Source of the DNA: Candidatus Colwellbacteria bacterium | GTDB taxonomy: Bacteria > Patescibacteriota > Minisyncoccia > UBA6257 > Colwellbacteraceae | Assembly: GCA_016176525.1 (NCBI GenBank) | Contig: JACOWZ010000003.1 | Coordinates: 256,001 to 320,000 of the forward strand | DNA length: 64,000 nucleotides | Direction: 5' to 3' | Part shown: piece by piece, positions 26,574 through 37,452 of the stretch | Position numbering within the stretch: position 1 is the first letter of the stretch | Layout: each line of letters begins with the position of its first letter | Notes under the pieces: generated by a model | Databases searched by the model: none | Told to the model about the DNA's origin: nothing | What the model saw: the letters and a program-made list of their open reading frames with translations, nothing else | Program-made: the position numbers and the translations under genes

Positions 26574-27356
26574 ATGCCTATTACTATACATTGTGAAAGA
26601 GACGCCGTATCTGGTTTTTGGGAGAATTTTTGGAAAGAAAAGTTTGATAGAGCATCGCTTGAGACATACTACAAAAGTTTTCGCAAGACACCTCGCGTGC
26701 AAAAGATTTTGATAAAATATTTACCCAAAGACGGCAAGATTCTTGATTCCGGATGCGGTTCCGGAATCTGGACGCATTGGTTAAAAGAAAAAGGTTATAA
26801 CGTGGAGGGCATTGATATTTCTAAGAACACCATATCATTTATAAAAAAAAACTTACCGGATTTGCCAGTTAGAACCGGAACAGTTTTTGCACTAGATTAC
26901 CCCGACAAGTCGCTTAAAGGATATTTGTCTTTTGGTGTTATTGGATACTTCCTGCCCGATAAGATTCTTAATGAAGCAGCCCGCGTTTTAGATAAAGAAG
27001 GTGTTGTTATATTGCGCGTTCCGTATGCTAACCCTTTGAGAAAGTTTAAGAGCCGTTTAGGGTTCTACAGCAGAAAGCGAGATTATTCCCAGTATGCGTT
27101 TACATCTGCCGAGCTTGCGAGTGAATTGAAGGCTCGGGGTTTTAAGTTTATAAAGTCGGATTTTTTTGATAGTTTGTACGGCTTTTACACAGAGATCTCT
27201 GGTGCGACTACAGTCCCTTTGTTATCTACTAAGAAAACAGCCGGTAAACTGCGCGGCGAGAGTTTGTTGCGTAATTTTATGAAAAGCATTTTTGAATTTC
27301 TACCAATTAGGTTTCTTTTTTCACACAATCTTATCGTTGTTGCAAAGAAACTATGA
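26574..27356 (+). CDS. Class I SAM-dependent methyltransferase
   Basis: ILDSGCGSG, GIDIS, EAARVL. Confidence 0.8.
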   Translation: MPITIHCERDAVSGFWENFWKEKFDRASLETYYKSFRKTPRVQKILIKYLPKDGKILDSGCGSGIWTHWLKEKGYNVEGIDISKNTISFIKKNLPDLPVRTGTVFALDYPDKSLKGYLSFGVIGYFLPDKILNEAARVLDKEGVVILRVPYANPLRKFKSRLGFYSRKRDYSQYAFTSAELASELKARGFKFIKSDFFDSLYGFYTEISGATTVPLLSTKKTAGKLRGESLLRNFMKSIFEFLPIRFLFSHNLIVVAKKL

Positions 27357-28159
27357 TAGAAGCTTTAAAAAACTGGCTAAGACATAAAGTACATGTGGGC
27401 GGGTTTCTATGGCATATACTAGTCTTTCCGCAAAGGTTTAAACGGCACGGCTTTAGAATTTTTAAGGGTATTTGGGAGGCGCGCGAAACAAAAGCTATGG
27501 TCGCTCCCCTAAAAACTCGGGAGTTTTTAAAAGATCATGTTTCTATCATTATTCAAAGTGCCGGGCGCGTGGAATATTTGCGCAAGACCATTCAGGCGCT
27601 GCGCAAAAATTTTAACTACGATCCAGTAAAGACTCACTGGCTTATAATTGATGATTACCCGGCATCATATGAAACAAGAGATTATATAAAAAGCTTAGAT
27701 TTCTTTGAGAAAGTTATTTTAAACGAGCGCAACCGCGGCATTGGATACTCAATCAACAGAATTTTCGCAGAAGTAAAAAGCGAGTTTGTGTTTTACTGCC
27801 AAGAAGATTTTGAGATTTTGCGCTCTGTGCCTATTGCCAGAATGATTCGAATTATTCGCGAGAATCCTCATTTGAGCCAATTAATGCTACTTGGTGATGA
27901 TATTAAAAAGTTCTCTGGGGCTCGGCAAGTTTCGGTAAGCCATCGCGAAACTTCTGAAATGTTTGGTTTTTGGCCATATCTTGCTTCTATAAAGTTTTTT
28001 AGAGAAAATCTCCCATTTCCTTTTTACTTTACTAACGTGGAATTTAGTTTTAAAGTGCACAGACGAGGTTGGTTAATCTCTGGAGTTTACGCAGAGGAAC
28101 AAGACGCGCCTTATGTAAGACATATTGGAGAAGAAAGAAAAGTATTGGTAGTCAAATGA
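27353..28159 (+). CDS. Glycosyltransferase family 2-like
   Basis: RVEYL, IIDD, NRGIG, QEDF, VRHIG. Confidence 0.7.
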   Translation: MIEALKNWLRHKVHVGGFLWHILVFPQRFKRHGFRIFKGIWEARETKAMVAPLKTREFLKDHVSIIIQSAGRVEYLRKTIQALRKNFNYDPVKTHWLIIDDYPASYETRDYIKSLDFFEKVILNERNRGIGYSINRIFAEVKSEFVFYCQEDFEILRSVPIARMIRIIRENPHLSQLMLLGDDIKKFSGARQVSVSHRETSEMFGFWPYLASIKFFRENLPFPFYFTNVEFSFKVHRRGWLISGVYAEEQDAPYVRHIGEERKVLVVK

Positions 28160-29046
28160 TTATTAGTGCACTTGTACATGCCAATAAAAGATATAACGCC
28201 TATTATAAAGGCGGCATTTTAACCGAGATTAAGCGACTTTTACGCTATCCTGTAAAATATGTGTGTCGGGGACTCGCTGTAAAATTTGGGTTGTTTGGTA
28301 AAAAACCAGTTTCTACACATACCTGTTGGGGCGGGGAGCTTTTTATTCTTCTTCCGGATAAAAACGCCGGTTCTTTGTATTATTTTGGGTTATTGCCAAA
28401 ACAGGAATATCCGCTTTCGTTATATTTGGCAAAGACTTTAAAAAGTAGCGATATCTTTTATGATGTCGGCGCAAATTACGGATTTTATTCTGCTCTTGCT
28501 AAAGCTTTGGTTAGGGATGGGGAAATCCACGCTTTTGAGCCGCATCCATTACTTACCGAGTGTCTCAATAAATCTTTTCCAAGCGGCGTCTTTATTAATC
28601 AAGCTGCGCTCGCGGATAAGGTTGGTGAGATTACTTTATACGACAAATATGTGAACGGCCACAGCGGAGGCAGCACTATTTTAGAAGGAGTTGGAGAAAT
28701 TAGTGCGAATCGGTCTCATGCACTAAAAATTTCTGCGATTTCGCTTGACGATTATGTTAAAACGCGTAGGCCACCAACAATTGTAAAAATTGATGTTGAG
28801 GGAGCTGAGAGTCTAGTGATTAGGGGAGGCGCGCAGACACTAAAGAAACACAAACCTGTAGTTATTATGGAGGTGTGGGGTAAAGACTTGTGGAACAAAT
28901 ATTCGCGCTCCGCAGCCGGTATGCTTTTCGAGTTTGGTTATTCCGCGAATGAAATTAGTTCTGAAGGCGAGCTCCTTCCTGTTTCAAAACGTGACTTAGA
29001 ACGAATAAGTCTTGGACGCAAATATGCTAATGTTGTTTTCTCTTAA
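28156..29046 (+). CDS. FkbM-family methyltransferase
   Basis: FYDVGANYGFYS, AFEP, ISLDD, KIDVEGAE; ATG overlaps the previous stop. Confidence 0.88.
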   Translation: MIISALVHANKRYNAYYKGGILTEIKRLLRYPVKYVCRGLAVKFGLFGKKPVSTHTCWGGELFILLPDKNAGSLYYFGLLPKQEYPLSLYLAKTLKSSDIFYDVGANYGFYSALAKALVRDGEIHAFEPHPLLTECLNKSFPSGVFINQAALADKVGEITLYDKYVNGHSGGSTILEGVGEISANRSHALKISAISLDDYVKTRRPPTIVKIDVEGAESLVIRGGAQTLKKHKPVVIMEVWGKDLWNKYSRSAAGMLFEFGYSANEISSEGELLPVSKRDLERISLGRKYANVVFS

Positions 29047-29068
29047 CAAACCTATAAAATAGTAAGTT

Positions 29069-29917
29069 ATGAAAGCTTTTGTAATAGGCGGGGCCGGCTT
29101 TATCGGGTCGCATCTTGTAGTTGCTCTTAAGAGAGAGGGGCACGAGGTTTTTGTTGTGGACAAGCGTAACGGTTTAGATATGCAAAGCCTTAGGTTTCAA
29201 GAGCTCTTTCAGAAAGAGCGGCCAGAGGTTGTATTGCACCTTGCTGGGCCGATTGGCTTGCGAAACCCCAATGCAGAAACAGTTTTTGAGGATTGCGTAT
29301 CTATTCTTTTGGGTACAAAGAATGTACTTGAGGCGGCTCGTGTATCCAGCGTTAGAAGAATTATTTTTTCTTCCTCAAGCGCAGTTTATGAGAACGCCAA
29401 AGAGGTTCCCACTCCAGAAACTTATACAACAAGTTCTTCTTCACTGTACGGTATTATGACAATCTTGATGGAGAAGTTGATTCTAGACTATAGCGCTGTT
29501 TCTAAAATCTCTACTGTGATTTTGCGTTTAAGCAATGTGTATGGGCCAGGACAGTGGCGTAATGTTGTACGGATTTTTGCAGAAGATATGCAAAAAAATA
29601 TTTCTCCAAAAATTGCCGGGGATGGCAGTTCCACAAGAGATTTTGTGCATGTCGGCGATGTGGTGGATGCGTTTATTAAAGCTGCCAACTCTAATGCAAC
29701 TGGGATTTTTAACATAGGGAGTTCAAAAGAGACAAGTTTAAAAGAGCTTTTTGAAACTCTGGCAAATACACTACAATGGAATGGAGCGCCGGAGTATGTT
29801 TCTGCGCCCCAAAGTGGTGTATCAAGAAGTGCGCTAGATTGTACAAAAGCCAAAAAAGATTTAGGATGGCGAGCAAAAACTACACTTAAAGATGGACTCA
29901 TTAAAACATTTATTTAA
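29069..29917 (+). CDS. NAD-dependent epimerase/dehydratase
   Basis: GGAGFIGS, SSSAVY, NVYGP, RDFVHVGDV; the catalytic YxxxK appears as YGIMT. Confidence 0.85.
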   Translation: MKAFVIGGAGFIGSHLVVALKREGHEVFVVDKRNGLDMQSLRFQELFQKERPEVVLHLAGPIGLRNPNAETVFEDCVSILLGTKNVLEAARVSSVRRIIFSSSSAVYENAKEVPTPETYTTSSSSLYGIMTILMEKLILDYSAVSKISTVILRLSNVYGPGQWRNVVRIFAEDMQKNISPKIAGDGSSTRDFVHVGDVVDAFIKAANSNATGIFNIGSSKETSLKELFETLANTLQWNGAPEYVSAPQSGVSRSALDCTKAKKDLGWRAKTTLKDGLIKTFI

Positions 29918-30911
29918 AGACAAGAATATTTTTGTAACAGGTGGTTTGGGCAGTATTGGCTCTGCCATTGTAAAAGAAGTATTGCAATATGAACCAAAGT
30001 CGGTGGTTGTTGGAGACAATCGTGAGACAGCGATGTTCTACGGTGTTTGGGAGAATAAAGACCCGCGGTTGAAATATGTGTTTATGGATGTGCGAGATCG
30101 CGAAAGATTGCACGAGGTTTTGCGGGGTATGGATATTGTTTTCCATGCTGCCGCGATGAAACATATTTTGGTCTGTGAGCGTAACCCGTCGGAGGCCGCT
30201 GCAACGAATGTGACCGGCACCCAAAATGTGATTGATGCCACTATTCATAATAATTTAGATAGAATGGTTTTTATAAGCACTGACAAGGTAGTTAACCCCA
30301 CAAACGTTTTGGGTATGACAAAACTCCAAGCAGAGAGGTTGGTGGAGGCAACTTGTATGTCAAGAACCAGAAACCACACAAAGTTCGGCGTGGTGCGTTT
30401 CGGAAATGTTTTGTACTCCCAAGGGTCTGTTTTAGAGATTTGGGAGCGACAACTAAAACGTGGAGAAAAAATTAGCATTACCGACCCCAAAATGACGCGC
30501 TTTATAATGTCCACGTCGCAGGCAGCTGGCCTTATTTTTGCTGCGAGCCGGTATATGCAAGATGGCGAGATATTTATATTCAAAATGCCATCTTGCACGA
30601 TTGATACGCTTGCTAAGGCCTACCTGGAGCTCCGCGGCTACAAACCCGACCGCTTTGAGGTTATCGGAGCACGTGAAGGAGACCGCCAAGACGAAGAATT
30701 GCTCTTAGAAGAAGAAACAAAATTGCTTATGGAAAATGACAGATTTTTACTGTGCCCGCCCGTGGGTTTGCTAGAGAAAGATATTCAACGCTATCAAGAA
30801 TTAGGCTTCAAGAAATCGCAGCGCAAGCTTTTCTCTTCGAACAATCCGGAATATCTACTTGAAAAAGGTGCAGTAAAAAAAATCCTCGCGCGTTATTTTA
30901 AAGAAGAATGA
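29892..30911 (+). CDS. UDP-GlcNAc 4,6-dehydratase-like (PseB/CapD catalytic family)
   Basis: TGGLGSIG, FHAAAMKH, ISTDK, VRFGNV, TDPKMTRF. Confidence 0.88.
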   Translation: MDSLKHLFKDKNIFVTGGLGSIGSAIVKEVLQYEPKSVVVGDNRETAMFYGVWENKDPRLKYVFMDVRDRERLHEVLRGMDIVFHAAAMKHILVCERNPSEAAATNVTGTQNVIDATIHNNLDRMVFISTDKVVNPTNVLGMTKLQAERLVEATCMSRTRNHTKFGVVRFGNVLYSQGSVLEIWERQLKRGEKISITDPKMTRFIMSTSQAAGLIFAASRYMQDGEIFIFKMPSCTIDTLAKAYLELRGYKPDRFEVIGAREGDRQDEELLLEEETKLLMENDRFLLCPPVGLLEKDIQRYQELGFKKSQRKLFSSNNPEYLLEKGAVKKILARYFKEE

Positions 30912-31549
30912 TGCAGGAGAAAGATTTCGGACAATCGCAGCGTCAATATGAACAGGGTCGTATTCAATATCGCTTGGCTCTTGAGTTGGTGAAGAATAGG
31001 GGTTTTGGGAAAGTAGTTCTCGATATTGGTGCCGGCAAAGGAGAATTTGCCGATATACTTTCAGAACGCGGGTATAAAGTAAGTTGTGTAGATGGAACAA
31101 AAGAGCTCTGTAAAGAACTTGAAGAAAAAGGATATGAAACAGCGTGTATTGATTTAGAAGAAGAACGTCTGCCTTTTCCAGATAATTCCTTTGATTTAGT
31201 TGTTTCGCTGGAAGTTATAGAGCATCTTTGGAATACAGAGCATTACCTAAAAGAACTGTGGCGAGTTCTGCGCCCAGATGGATATGTGATTCTTACTACT
31301 CCTAATTACAACTTTTGGAGTTTTCGTATACTTTCTTTCCTAGGCTTAGCAGAGAGGTTTCTGACACAGGACTACCATAAGAAACTCTTTACAGCGCATT
31401 CGCTCTCCAAAAGGTTGGGGCCATATTTTACTGTTGAGAAAATTGCGGGACGGGGTATGGTTCCCAAGCTTGGCTTGCACTACCCCGCTCCGGTTTTCCG
31501 CAATTTGTTAGCTATGCATATAGGAGTTCTGTGTAAGCCTAAGAAGTAA
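30908..31549 (+). CDS. Class I SAM-dependent methyltransferase
   Basis: LDIGAGKG, LPFPDNSFD, EVIEH, RVLRPDG, TTPN. Confidence 0.88.
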   Translation: MMQEKDFGQSQRQYEQGRIQYRLALELVKNRGFGKVVLDIGAGKGEFADILSERGYKVSCVDGTKELCKELEEKGYETACIDLEEERLPFPDNSFDLVVSLEVIEHLWNTEHYLKELWRVLRPDGYVILTTPNYNFWSFRILSFLGLAERFLTQDYHKKLFTAHSLSKRLGPYFTVEKIAGRGMVPKLGLHYPAPVFRNLLAMHIGVLCKPKK

Positions 31550-31561
31550 TTTCTAATTTCT

Positions 31562-32635
31562 ATGAAATTTCTATTTATTGCCCCGCGTTTTCACACAAAC
31601 CAGCATTTTTGGGTGAAAATGCTGGTTGAGCGCGGCCATAAAGTAGAGTTTTTTGTTTGGAGAATAGAAAAAACAGAGAATCATAGCGTGGTTGCCCCCG
31701 AGCTTATTGATTCATTATTCGGAAAGCATAGAAATATGGCAAAAGAGGATATTCGCTGGGAAATTCCAAGCCCAGCGCGTTTTTGGAAGAAAATGCGAGC
31801 TTTTAATCCTGATGTTGTGGTAGTACGCGACCCATTCTTTTACATTTTCGCCTTTTTAGCCATGATTCTGGCGCGTTTTCAGAAACGCAAAGTTGTTATT
31901 TACTCCCAGACGCTGCTCCATAAACCCGTGTCTTGGGCGCGTTCTTTTGTGGTTAGGGTAATAATGAGGCTTCTCGCCGATTTATGGATTACACCGGTTA
32001 AAGGAGATAATAAGAAATTTAATAAGTTTCATCCCAAGGCTTTTTATGTGCCGCTTGCAGTAGAGCCGCTCATTAACAATAAACATACGACTAGCAAGAT
32101 GTTGAAGATTATTTCTGTTGGGAAACTATATCTTCCTAAAAAGCGCAATCTTATGCTGCTTGAGGCGATTAAGGATATGAAAGATGTGCATGTTACGTTT
32201 GTTGGTTTTCTGGGATCGAGAGATCAGACTTATCTCTCAGAAATGCGGGAATATATCGCGAAGCATGGAATGGAGAAACGAGTAGAGATATATGCAGATA
32301 TGTCACATCAAGAAACCTTGGGAGAATATGGAAAGCACGATCTATTCGTTCTTGCGGGGTCTGAACCGTTGGCATATTCAGTACTTGAAGCAATCGCGAC
32401 CGGTTTGGCTGTTATCTGCAGTACGGGCAATGGTGCGAGATGGTATGTAGAAGAAGGACAAAATGGATATGTGTTCAAAGAAGACAATGTTCAAGATTTG
32501 CGAGAGAAAATACTTATTCTAGCCTCTGATCGCAAACTACTTATTAGTATGCAAATAAAGAGCCAAGAGCTTGCAAAAAATAAGTATGCTCCTGATGCGG
32601 TTTATAAAAAGTTTATAAGTGCAATTGGTAGTTAA
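31562..32635 (+). CDS. Glycosyltransferase family 4-like
   Basis: SVGK, EPLAYSVLEAIATG, EGQNGY. Confidence 0.8.
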   Translation: MKFLFIAPRFHTNQHFWVKMLVERGHKVEFFVWRIEKTENHSVVAPELIDSLFGKHRNMAKEDIRWEIPSPARFWKKMRAFNPDVVVVRDPFFYIFAFLAMILARFQKRKVVIYSQTLLHKPVSWARSFVVRVIMRLLADLWITPVKGDNKKFNKFHPKAFYVPLAVEPLINNKHTTSKMLKIISVGKLYLPKKRNLMLLEAIKDMKDVHVTFVGFLGSRDQTYLSEMREYIAKHGMEKRVEIYADMSHQETLGEYGKHDLFVLAGSEPLAYSVLEAIATGLAVICSTGNGARWYVEEGQNGYVFKEDNVQDLREKILILASDRKLLISMQIKSQELAKNKYAPDAVYKKFISAIGS

Positions 32636-33078
32636 CTAAACGTATATCGTAACCCCCAAAAAGGCCGCCCTTCCGCCTTATCTTTAAAGCCGCACTTTTC
32701 AATATAAAATCTGCGTGCATTTTCTTTTCTGGTTGTTAAGTCAACACATCTTGCTCCGCCTTCGCGCGCGTCTTTTAGCATTTGTTCTGTAAGTTTTTTA
32801 CCTATTCCCTTACCTCGCATAGATTCGTTTACTATAACATCTTCAATAGTCCATACTTCTCCTCCAAGTTTTTCGTAAGAGGCGAGTTGGGATGTGCCAA
32901 CTATTTCCCCGTCAACTGTTGCAATATATACCCCTACGTTTGGGCTATTTACCACTCTTTGGAATTTCTCAAACTCCAAGGGTGGCCTCTCCGGATATAA
33001 CTGGGCAAGCAAATCTCGGATTGCGTTGTATGCTTTTTCGTCCGCGGTCCTTACCTTGTCTATACGCGCTTTGTCCAT
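32632..33078 (-). CDS. GNAT acetyltransferase (glucosamine-6-P N-acetyltransferase-like)
   Basis: IEDVIVNESMRGKGIGK, ARRFY..CGF; start moved to 33078, 7 nt after TATAAT. Confidence 0.8.
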   Translation of the reverse strand: MDKARIDKVRTADEKAYNAIRDLLAQLYPERPPLEFEKFQRVVNSPNVGVYIATVDGEIVGTSQLASYEKLGGEVWTIEDVIVNESMRGKGIGKKLTEQMLKDAREGGARCVDLTTRKENARRFYIEKCGFKDKAEGRPFWGLRYTFS

Positions 33079-33118
33079 ATTTAGCATTATACAAGACTCG
33101 TATAATTTGTTAATATAA

Positions 33119-34120
33119 ATGCAATTTTCAGCTAATTTTATGCCAAATCAAGAGACTGTATTTATCACAGGAGGCGCTGGTTTTTTGGGATCTTACATAA
33201 CCCGCAAGCTTTTGCAACAAGGATATAAGGTTGTTGTATATGATGCGTTTGTTCAATATTCAAACCCTATTGATGGGTTTAATACAGAAGCACAAATTCA
33301 GCGTCGTTTTGATGGAATTAAAGATAAAGTGGTTTTTGTAAGGGGGGATACTACGCATAAATCGTTCTTACAAAAAGCTGTACTTCAGCACAAGCCGTCT
33401 GTAATTATTCATTTGGCGGCACTGCCCATAGCCGACATCGGCGACAAAAATCCTGACGAGGCCAATTCAAGTATTATTGAAGGTACAATTAATATTTTAA
33501 ATATCATGAAAGACGTAGATTTTGTTAAGCGCTTTGTCTATACCTCGTCAAGTATGGTTTATGGGGATTTTGAATACAGCCCCGCCGATGAAGAGCATCC
33601 TAAAAAACCCAAAAGCATATATGGGGCAACAAAATTTGCCGGAGAGATTCTTACAGAGGCATATGGAAGGCGATATAAAATTCCTTATACGATTATAAGA
33701 CCTTCTGCTATTTATGGCCCGGGCGATGTAAATAGGCGTGTTGTGCAAATGTTTTTAGAGAATGCTTTTGTGGACAAGCCGATTAAACTCCACAACGGCG
33801 GCACATCTAAACTAGATTTTTCTTTTGTGGAGGATGTTGCAGATGGTTTTATTCTGGCTGCGTTCCACCCCAAAGCAGAGGGGCAGATTTTCAACATTAC
33901 TAGGGGCGAGGGTAGGCAGCTAAAAGAGCTTGTAGATATTATCCAGAAACTTGTCGGGCATCCGCTAAAAGTTGAAATAACTCCGCCGGATTTTCACCGC
34001 CCGGAGCGTGGAGCATTGAGTATTGAGAAAGCTAGAAAGCTTATCGGATACAATCCGCAGTATTCTCTTGAGCAGGGAGTGGAAAAATATTATAAATTTC
34101 TCAAGCAATTTTATGCGTAA
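33119..34120 (+). CDS. NAD-dependent epimerase/dehydratase (alternative start 33140)
   Basis: TGGAGFLG, SSSMVYG, YGATK, RPSAIYGP. Confidence 0.9.
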   Translation: MQFSANFMPNQETVFITGGAGFLGSYITRKLLQQGYKVVVYDAFVQYSNPIDGFNTEAQIQRRFDGIKDKVVFVRGDTTHKSFLQKAVLQHKPSVIIHLAALPIADIGDKNPDEANSSIIEGTINILNIMKDVDFVKRFVYTSSSMVYGDFEYSPADEEHPKKPKSIYGATKFAGEILTEAYGRRYKIPYTIIRPSAIYGPGDVNRRVVQMFLENAFVDKPIKLHNGGTSKLDFSFVEDVADGFILAAFHPKAEGQIFNITRGEGRQLKELVDIIQKLVGHPLKVEITPPDFHRPERGALSIEKARKLIGYNPQYSLEQGVEKYYKFLKQFYA

Positions 34121-35216
34121 GATTCCACTTTCCAAGGCAAGAATTGGCAAAGAAGAAGAAAGCTCTATGGTTGAGGCTCTACGCTCCGGTTGGCTAACCC
34201 ACGGTCCTAAGAATAAAGAATTTGAAGAGGCATTTGCCTCTTATATAGGCACTAAATATGCAATTTCAATGAATTCTTGTGCCTCGGTGTTGTTTGCGGT
34301 TATAAAAGCTGCTGGAATTACTGGTGAAGTTATTTTGCCAAGTTTTACGTTTACTGCTTCAGCAAACGCTGTTGTAAATGCTGGCGCAAAGCCAGTTTTT
34401 ACGGATGTTGATTATGATACTTGTATGCTAGATCCCAAAAGTGTTGAAGAAGCCATTACGCCGAAAACCGAAGCTATTATGGTAGTGCACTTTGCTGGGC
34501 AAGCTGGGCCGCTAAAAGAACTTAAAGAAATAGTGGATAAACACGAACTTTTACTTATTGAGGATTCCGCTGAAGCAATAGGGGCGGAATATAATGGCAA
34601 AAAAACAGGTTCTTTCGGCGAAGGGTGTTTTTCGTTTTGGCCAACAAAAAATATGACAACTGGAGAAGGAGGTATGCTTACCACAAATAACCAAAAACTT
34701 GCAGAGCAGGCATCGCTGTTCGTCGCGCACGGCATTAAAAAAGCAGTAAACCCTCCACACGTTGGATATCGCTCGGCAGTTCTACCAGGGTTTAACTTTC
34801 GTTTAAGTAATATGCTCGCGGCTATTGGTGTTGAGCAGCTCAAAAAATTAGATGCTATGAACGAAAGTAGAAGAATTGCAGCTGGTTGGTACAACGATCG
34901 TTTATCTAAAATACTAGGAATTACCCTGCCAGTAGAAAAGCCTGGTAGGAAACATGTGTACCAAATGTACACAATAAAAGTTGCGGTCGACAAAAGAAAC
35001 ACTTTAGTTTCGGCGCTAAATAATGCTGGAGTAGAGGCTTCGGTGCATTTTAATCCGCCAGTGCATTTGCAGGATTATTACAAAAAAAAATATCCAGCTC
35101 ATTTGCCTATTACCGAGAAGATTGCCGAGGAGATTGTTACACTGCCGATGTATCCGGATATTACCAAAGAGGATATATCTTATGTATGTGATACTATACG
35201 GGCAAATTTGGCATGA
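34113..35216 (+). CDS. DegT/DnrJ/EryC1/StrS PLP-dependent sugar aminotransferase
   Basis: PSFTFTAS, IEDSAEAIG, FSFWPTKNMTTGEGG, LPMYP. Confidence 0.92.
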   Translation: MRKIPLSKARIGKEEESSMVEALRSGWLTHGPKNKEFEEAFASYIGTKYAISMNSCASVLFAVIKAAGITGEVILPSFTFTASANAVVNAGAKPVFTDVDYDTCMLDPKSVEEAITPKTEAIMVVHFAGQAGPLKELKEIVDKHELLLIEDSAEAIGAEYNGKKTGSFGEGCFSFWPTKNMTTGEGGMLTTNNQKLAEQASLFVAHGIKKAVNPPHVGYRSAVLPGFNFRLSNMLAAIGVEQLKKLDAMNESRRIAAGWYNDRLSKILGITLPVEKPGRKHVYQMYTIKVAVDKRNTLVSALNNAGVEASVHFNPPVHLQDYYKKKYPAHLPITEKIAEEIVTLPMYPDITKEDISYVCDTIRANLA

Positions 35217-36328
35217 AAAGAATAAAAGTCTTTATATTTATTCCATCTTTGGTCGGCGGAGGAGCCGAACGAGTATCATCTAGAATTGCATCGTGTCTTA
35301 ACCCAGAATTATTTGATACTATGCTTGTTGTTGGTAAAAAAGAAGGCGAATATGTCTCTCAACTTCCACCGACTCTCGCCGTACGCGATCTTAACAAAAA
35401 GCGTGTGCGCAGCTGCATAATTCCACTTGCGCGTCTTTTTAGGCAGGAGAAGCCGGATGTTGTAATTTCTTTTATGCACCACAGTAATATTGCAGTGCTT
35501 ATGGCTAAAGTTTTGAGTATAAGTAAGGTTAAAGTCATTACGGCCGAGCGAAATGTTATGGAAAGCGCTTATAAGGGTTTCAGGCGTTTTTTTCTGCCGC
35601 TTACGCGCTTGCTGTATCGTTTTTCTGATGCTTCTTTGGCGGGTTCGGAAGGATTAAAAAAGAATATTATGGAGTTTTTGCATATCTCCGAAGAGAAGTT
35701 CCGGGTAATTTACAACCCAATTGATTTTGGGTTTATTCGCACAAAAAGTAGAGAAAGACCCAACCATCCTTGGCTCAGGAGCAAGGAACACCCATTGGTT
35801 TTAGGCGTGGGCAGGCTTGTACCCCAAAAGGATTTTGCTACTCTTATCCGCGCGTTTGCGCGCGCCAAAAAACCCAAGGACACTCGCCTTATTATTCTCG
35901 GGCAGGGACCGCTTCGCGAGGAGTTGCTTGGTTTGGCGAAAGAACTTGGAATTGCTGATTCCGTTGATTTTCCCGGGTTTCAAGAGAATCCGTATGTTTT
36001 TTTTGCAAATGCGGATGTGTTTGTGCTCTCTTCCATTTGGGAAGGATTTGGCAATGTAATCCCAGAATCTTTTGCGTTAAGAGTTCCAGTTGTAAGCACC
36101 GACTGCAATTATGGTCCGAACGAAATTATTGAAAATGAGGCAAATGGCATATTGGTGCCGCCTGGCGATCCAGAAGTAATGGCTAAAGGCATAGAGCGCA
36201 TGCTAAATGATAGAAAATTTGGCACGCAGTGCGCGGCAAATGCACAGAAAGACGCCGAACGCTTATCTATAGAAAAGATTACAGATCAATATCAAGATTT
36301 TATTCTTTCTGTAATTAAAAAGAAATGA
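35213..36328 (+). CDS. Glycosyltransferase family 4
   Basis: GGGAER, VGRLVPQK, SSIWEGFGNVIPE. Confidence 0.9.
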   Translation: MKRIKVFIFIPSLVGGGAERVSSRIASCLNPELFDTMLVVGKKEGEYVSQLPPTLAVRDLNKKRVRSCIIPLARLFRQEKPDVVISFMHHSNIAVLMAKVLSISKVKVITAERNVMESAYKGFRRFFLPLTRLLYRFSDASLAGSEGLKKNIMEFLHISEEKFRVIYNPIDFGFIRTKSRERPNHPWLRSKEHPLVLGVGRLVPQKDFATLIRAFARAKKPKDTRLIILGQGPLREELLGLAKELGIADSVDFPGFQENPYVFFANADVFVLSSIWEGFGNVIPESFALRVPVVSTDCNYGPNEIIENEANGILVPPGDPEVMAKGIERMLNDRKFGTQCAANAQKDAERLSIEKITDQYQDFILSVIKKK

Positions 36329-37452
36329 AAGTTTTTCACATTATAACGGGTCTAAACACAGGTGGTGCAGAGATGATGTTATATAAGCTAATTCAGTATT
36401 CCTCTGGAGAGAATTTTCAGCACGAGGTTGTGTCTTTGACGGATATAGGTCCGGTTGGAAAAAAAATACAGCAACTTAGTGTGTCGGTGCGCGCTCTTCA
36501 TATGAGGGGCATTGATTTCCCGATTGCAGTTTTGCGCCTTGCGCTGTGGTTAAGGAGAAGCAAGCCAGATATTGTGCAAACTTGGATGTACCACGCAGAC
36601 TTGGTAGGCGGACTTGCGGCAAAACTTGCGTTTTCTGGTGCGCCGATTGTTTGGGGTATTCGTCAGACAAATTTACATACTAAGCTAAGTAAGCGGCGCA
36701 CTAGGTTGGTTGCGCGTTTTTCGGCTTTTCTTTCGCGGTGGGTTCCAGAAAAAATTATTTGCAATTCGTATTCTGGCAGAGATGTTCATATAAAAATGGG
36801 ATATGATAGCAAGAAGATGGTAGTTATTCCTAATGGCTTTGATATATCTAGGTTTCGTCTGGATTCAGAGGCAAGAATTTCAGTTAGAAAAGAACTCGGA
36901 GTTGCTCCAGACTCATTGCTTATAGGATATATTGCTAGGTTTGACCCGCAGAAAGACCATAAAATATTTATTGAAGCAGCTCGCATACTTAATGCTAATT
37001 TTAAGGATGTACATTTCGTTTTATGCGGACGTGGGGTCAATTGGGAGAACAAAGAACTTGTGTCATGTATTAAAAGAGCTGGACTTCAAGATAGATTTTA
37101 TTTACTAGGTGAGAGAGATGATATTCCTACGATTACAGCGGCACTGGATGTTGCTAGCCTTACTTCAGCTTATGGAGAGGGGTTCCCGAATGTGGTGGGT
37201 GAGGCGATGGCAAGTGGGGTGCCGTGTGTGGTAACAGACGTAGGGGATGCGGCGGAGATTGTGGGAAATACCGGTATAGTGACAGGTATAGGTAGCGCGA
37301 AGGATATCGCTGATGGTTGGGCGGAATTTTTGGCAGTGCCAAAACAGGAACGCATACAGCTCGGGCAACGGGCCCGTGAACGAATAGAGAAACATTATGC
37401 TCTTAACCGGATAGTACAGGAGTATATGTCACTATATAATAAACTTTTATGA
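36325..37452 (+). CDS. Glycosyltransferase family 4
   Basis: GGAEMML, TWMYHAD, ARFDPQKDH, EGFPNVVGEAM. Confidence 0.92.
   Translation: MKVFHIITGLNTGGAEMMLYKLIQYSSGENFQHEVVSLTDIGPVGKKIQQLSVSVRALHMRGIDFPIAVLRLALWLRRSKPDIVQTWMYHADLVGGLAAKLAFSGAPIVWGIRQTNLHTKLSKRRTRLVARFSAFLSRWVPEKIICNSYSGRDVHIKMGYDSKKMVVIPNGFDISRFRLDSEARISVRKELGVAPDSLLIGYIARFDPQKDHKIFIEAARILNANFKDVHFVLCGRGVNWENKELVSCIKRAGLQDRFYLLGERDDIPTITAALDVASLTSAYGEGFPNVVGEAMASGVPCVVTDVGDAAEIVGNTGIVTGIGSAKDIADGWAEFLAVPKQERIQLGQRARERIEKHYALNRIVQEYMSLYNKLL

Noticed and set aside
34412-35002. Long antisense ORFs (also 4462-4911, 10236-10694, 44291-44872, 49486-49992)
   Set aside because: Shadows of well-supported genes on the opposite strand; no motifs
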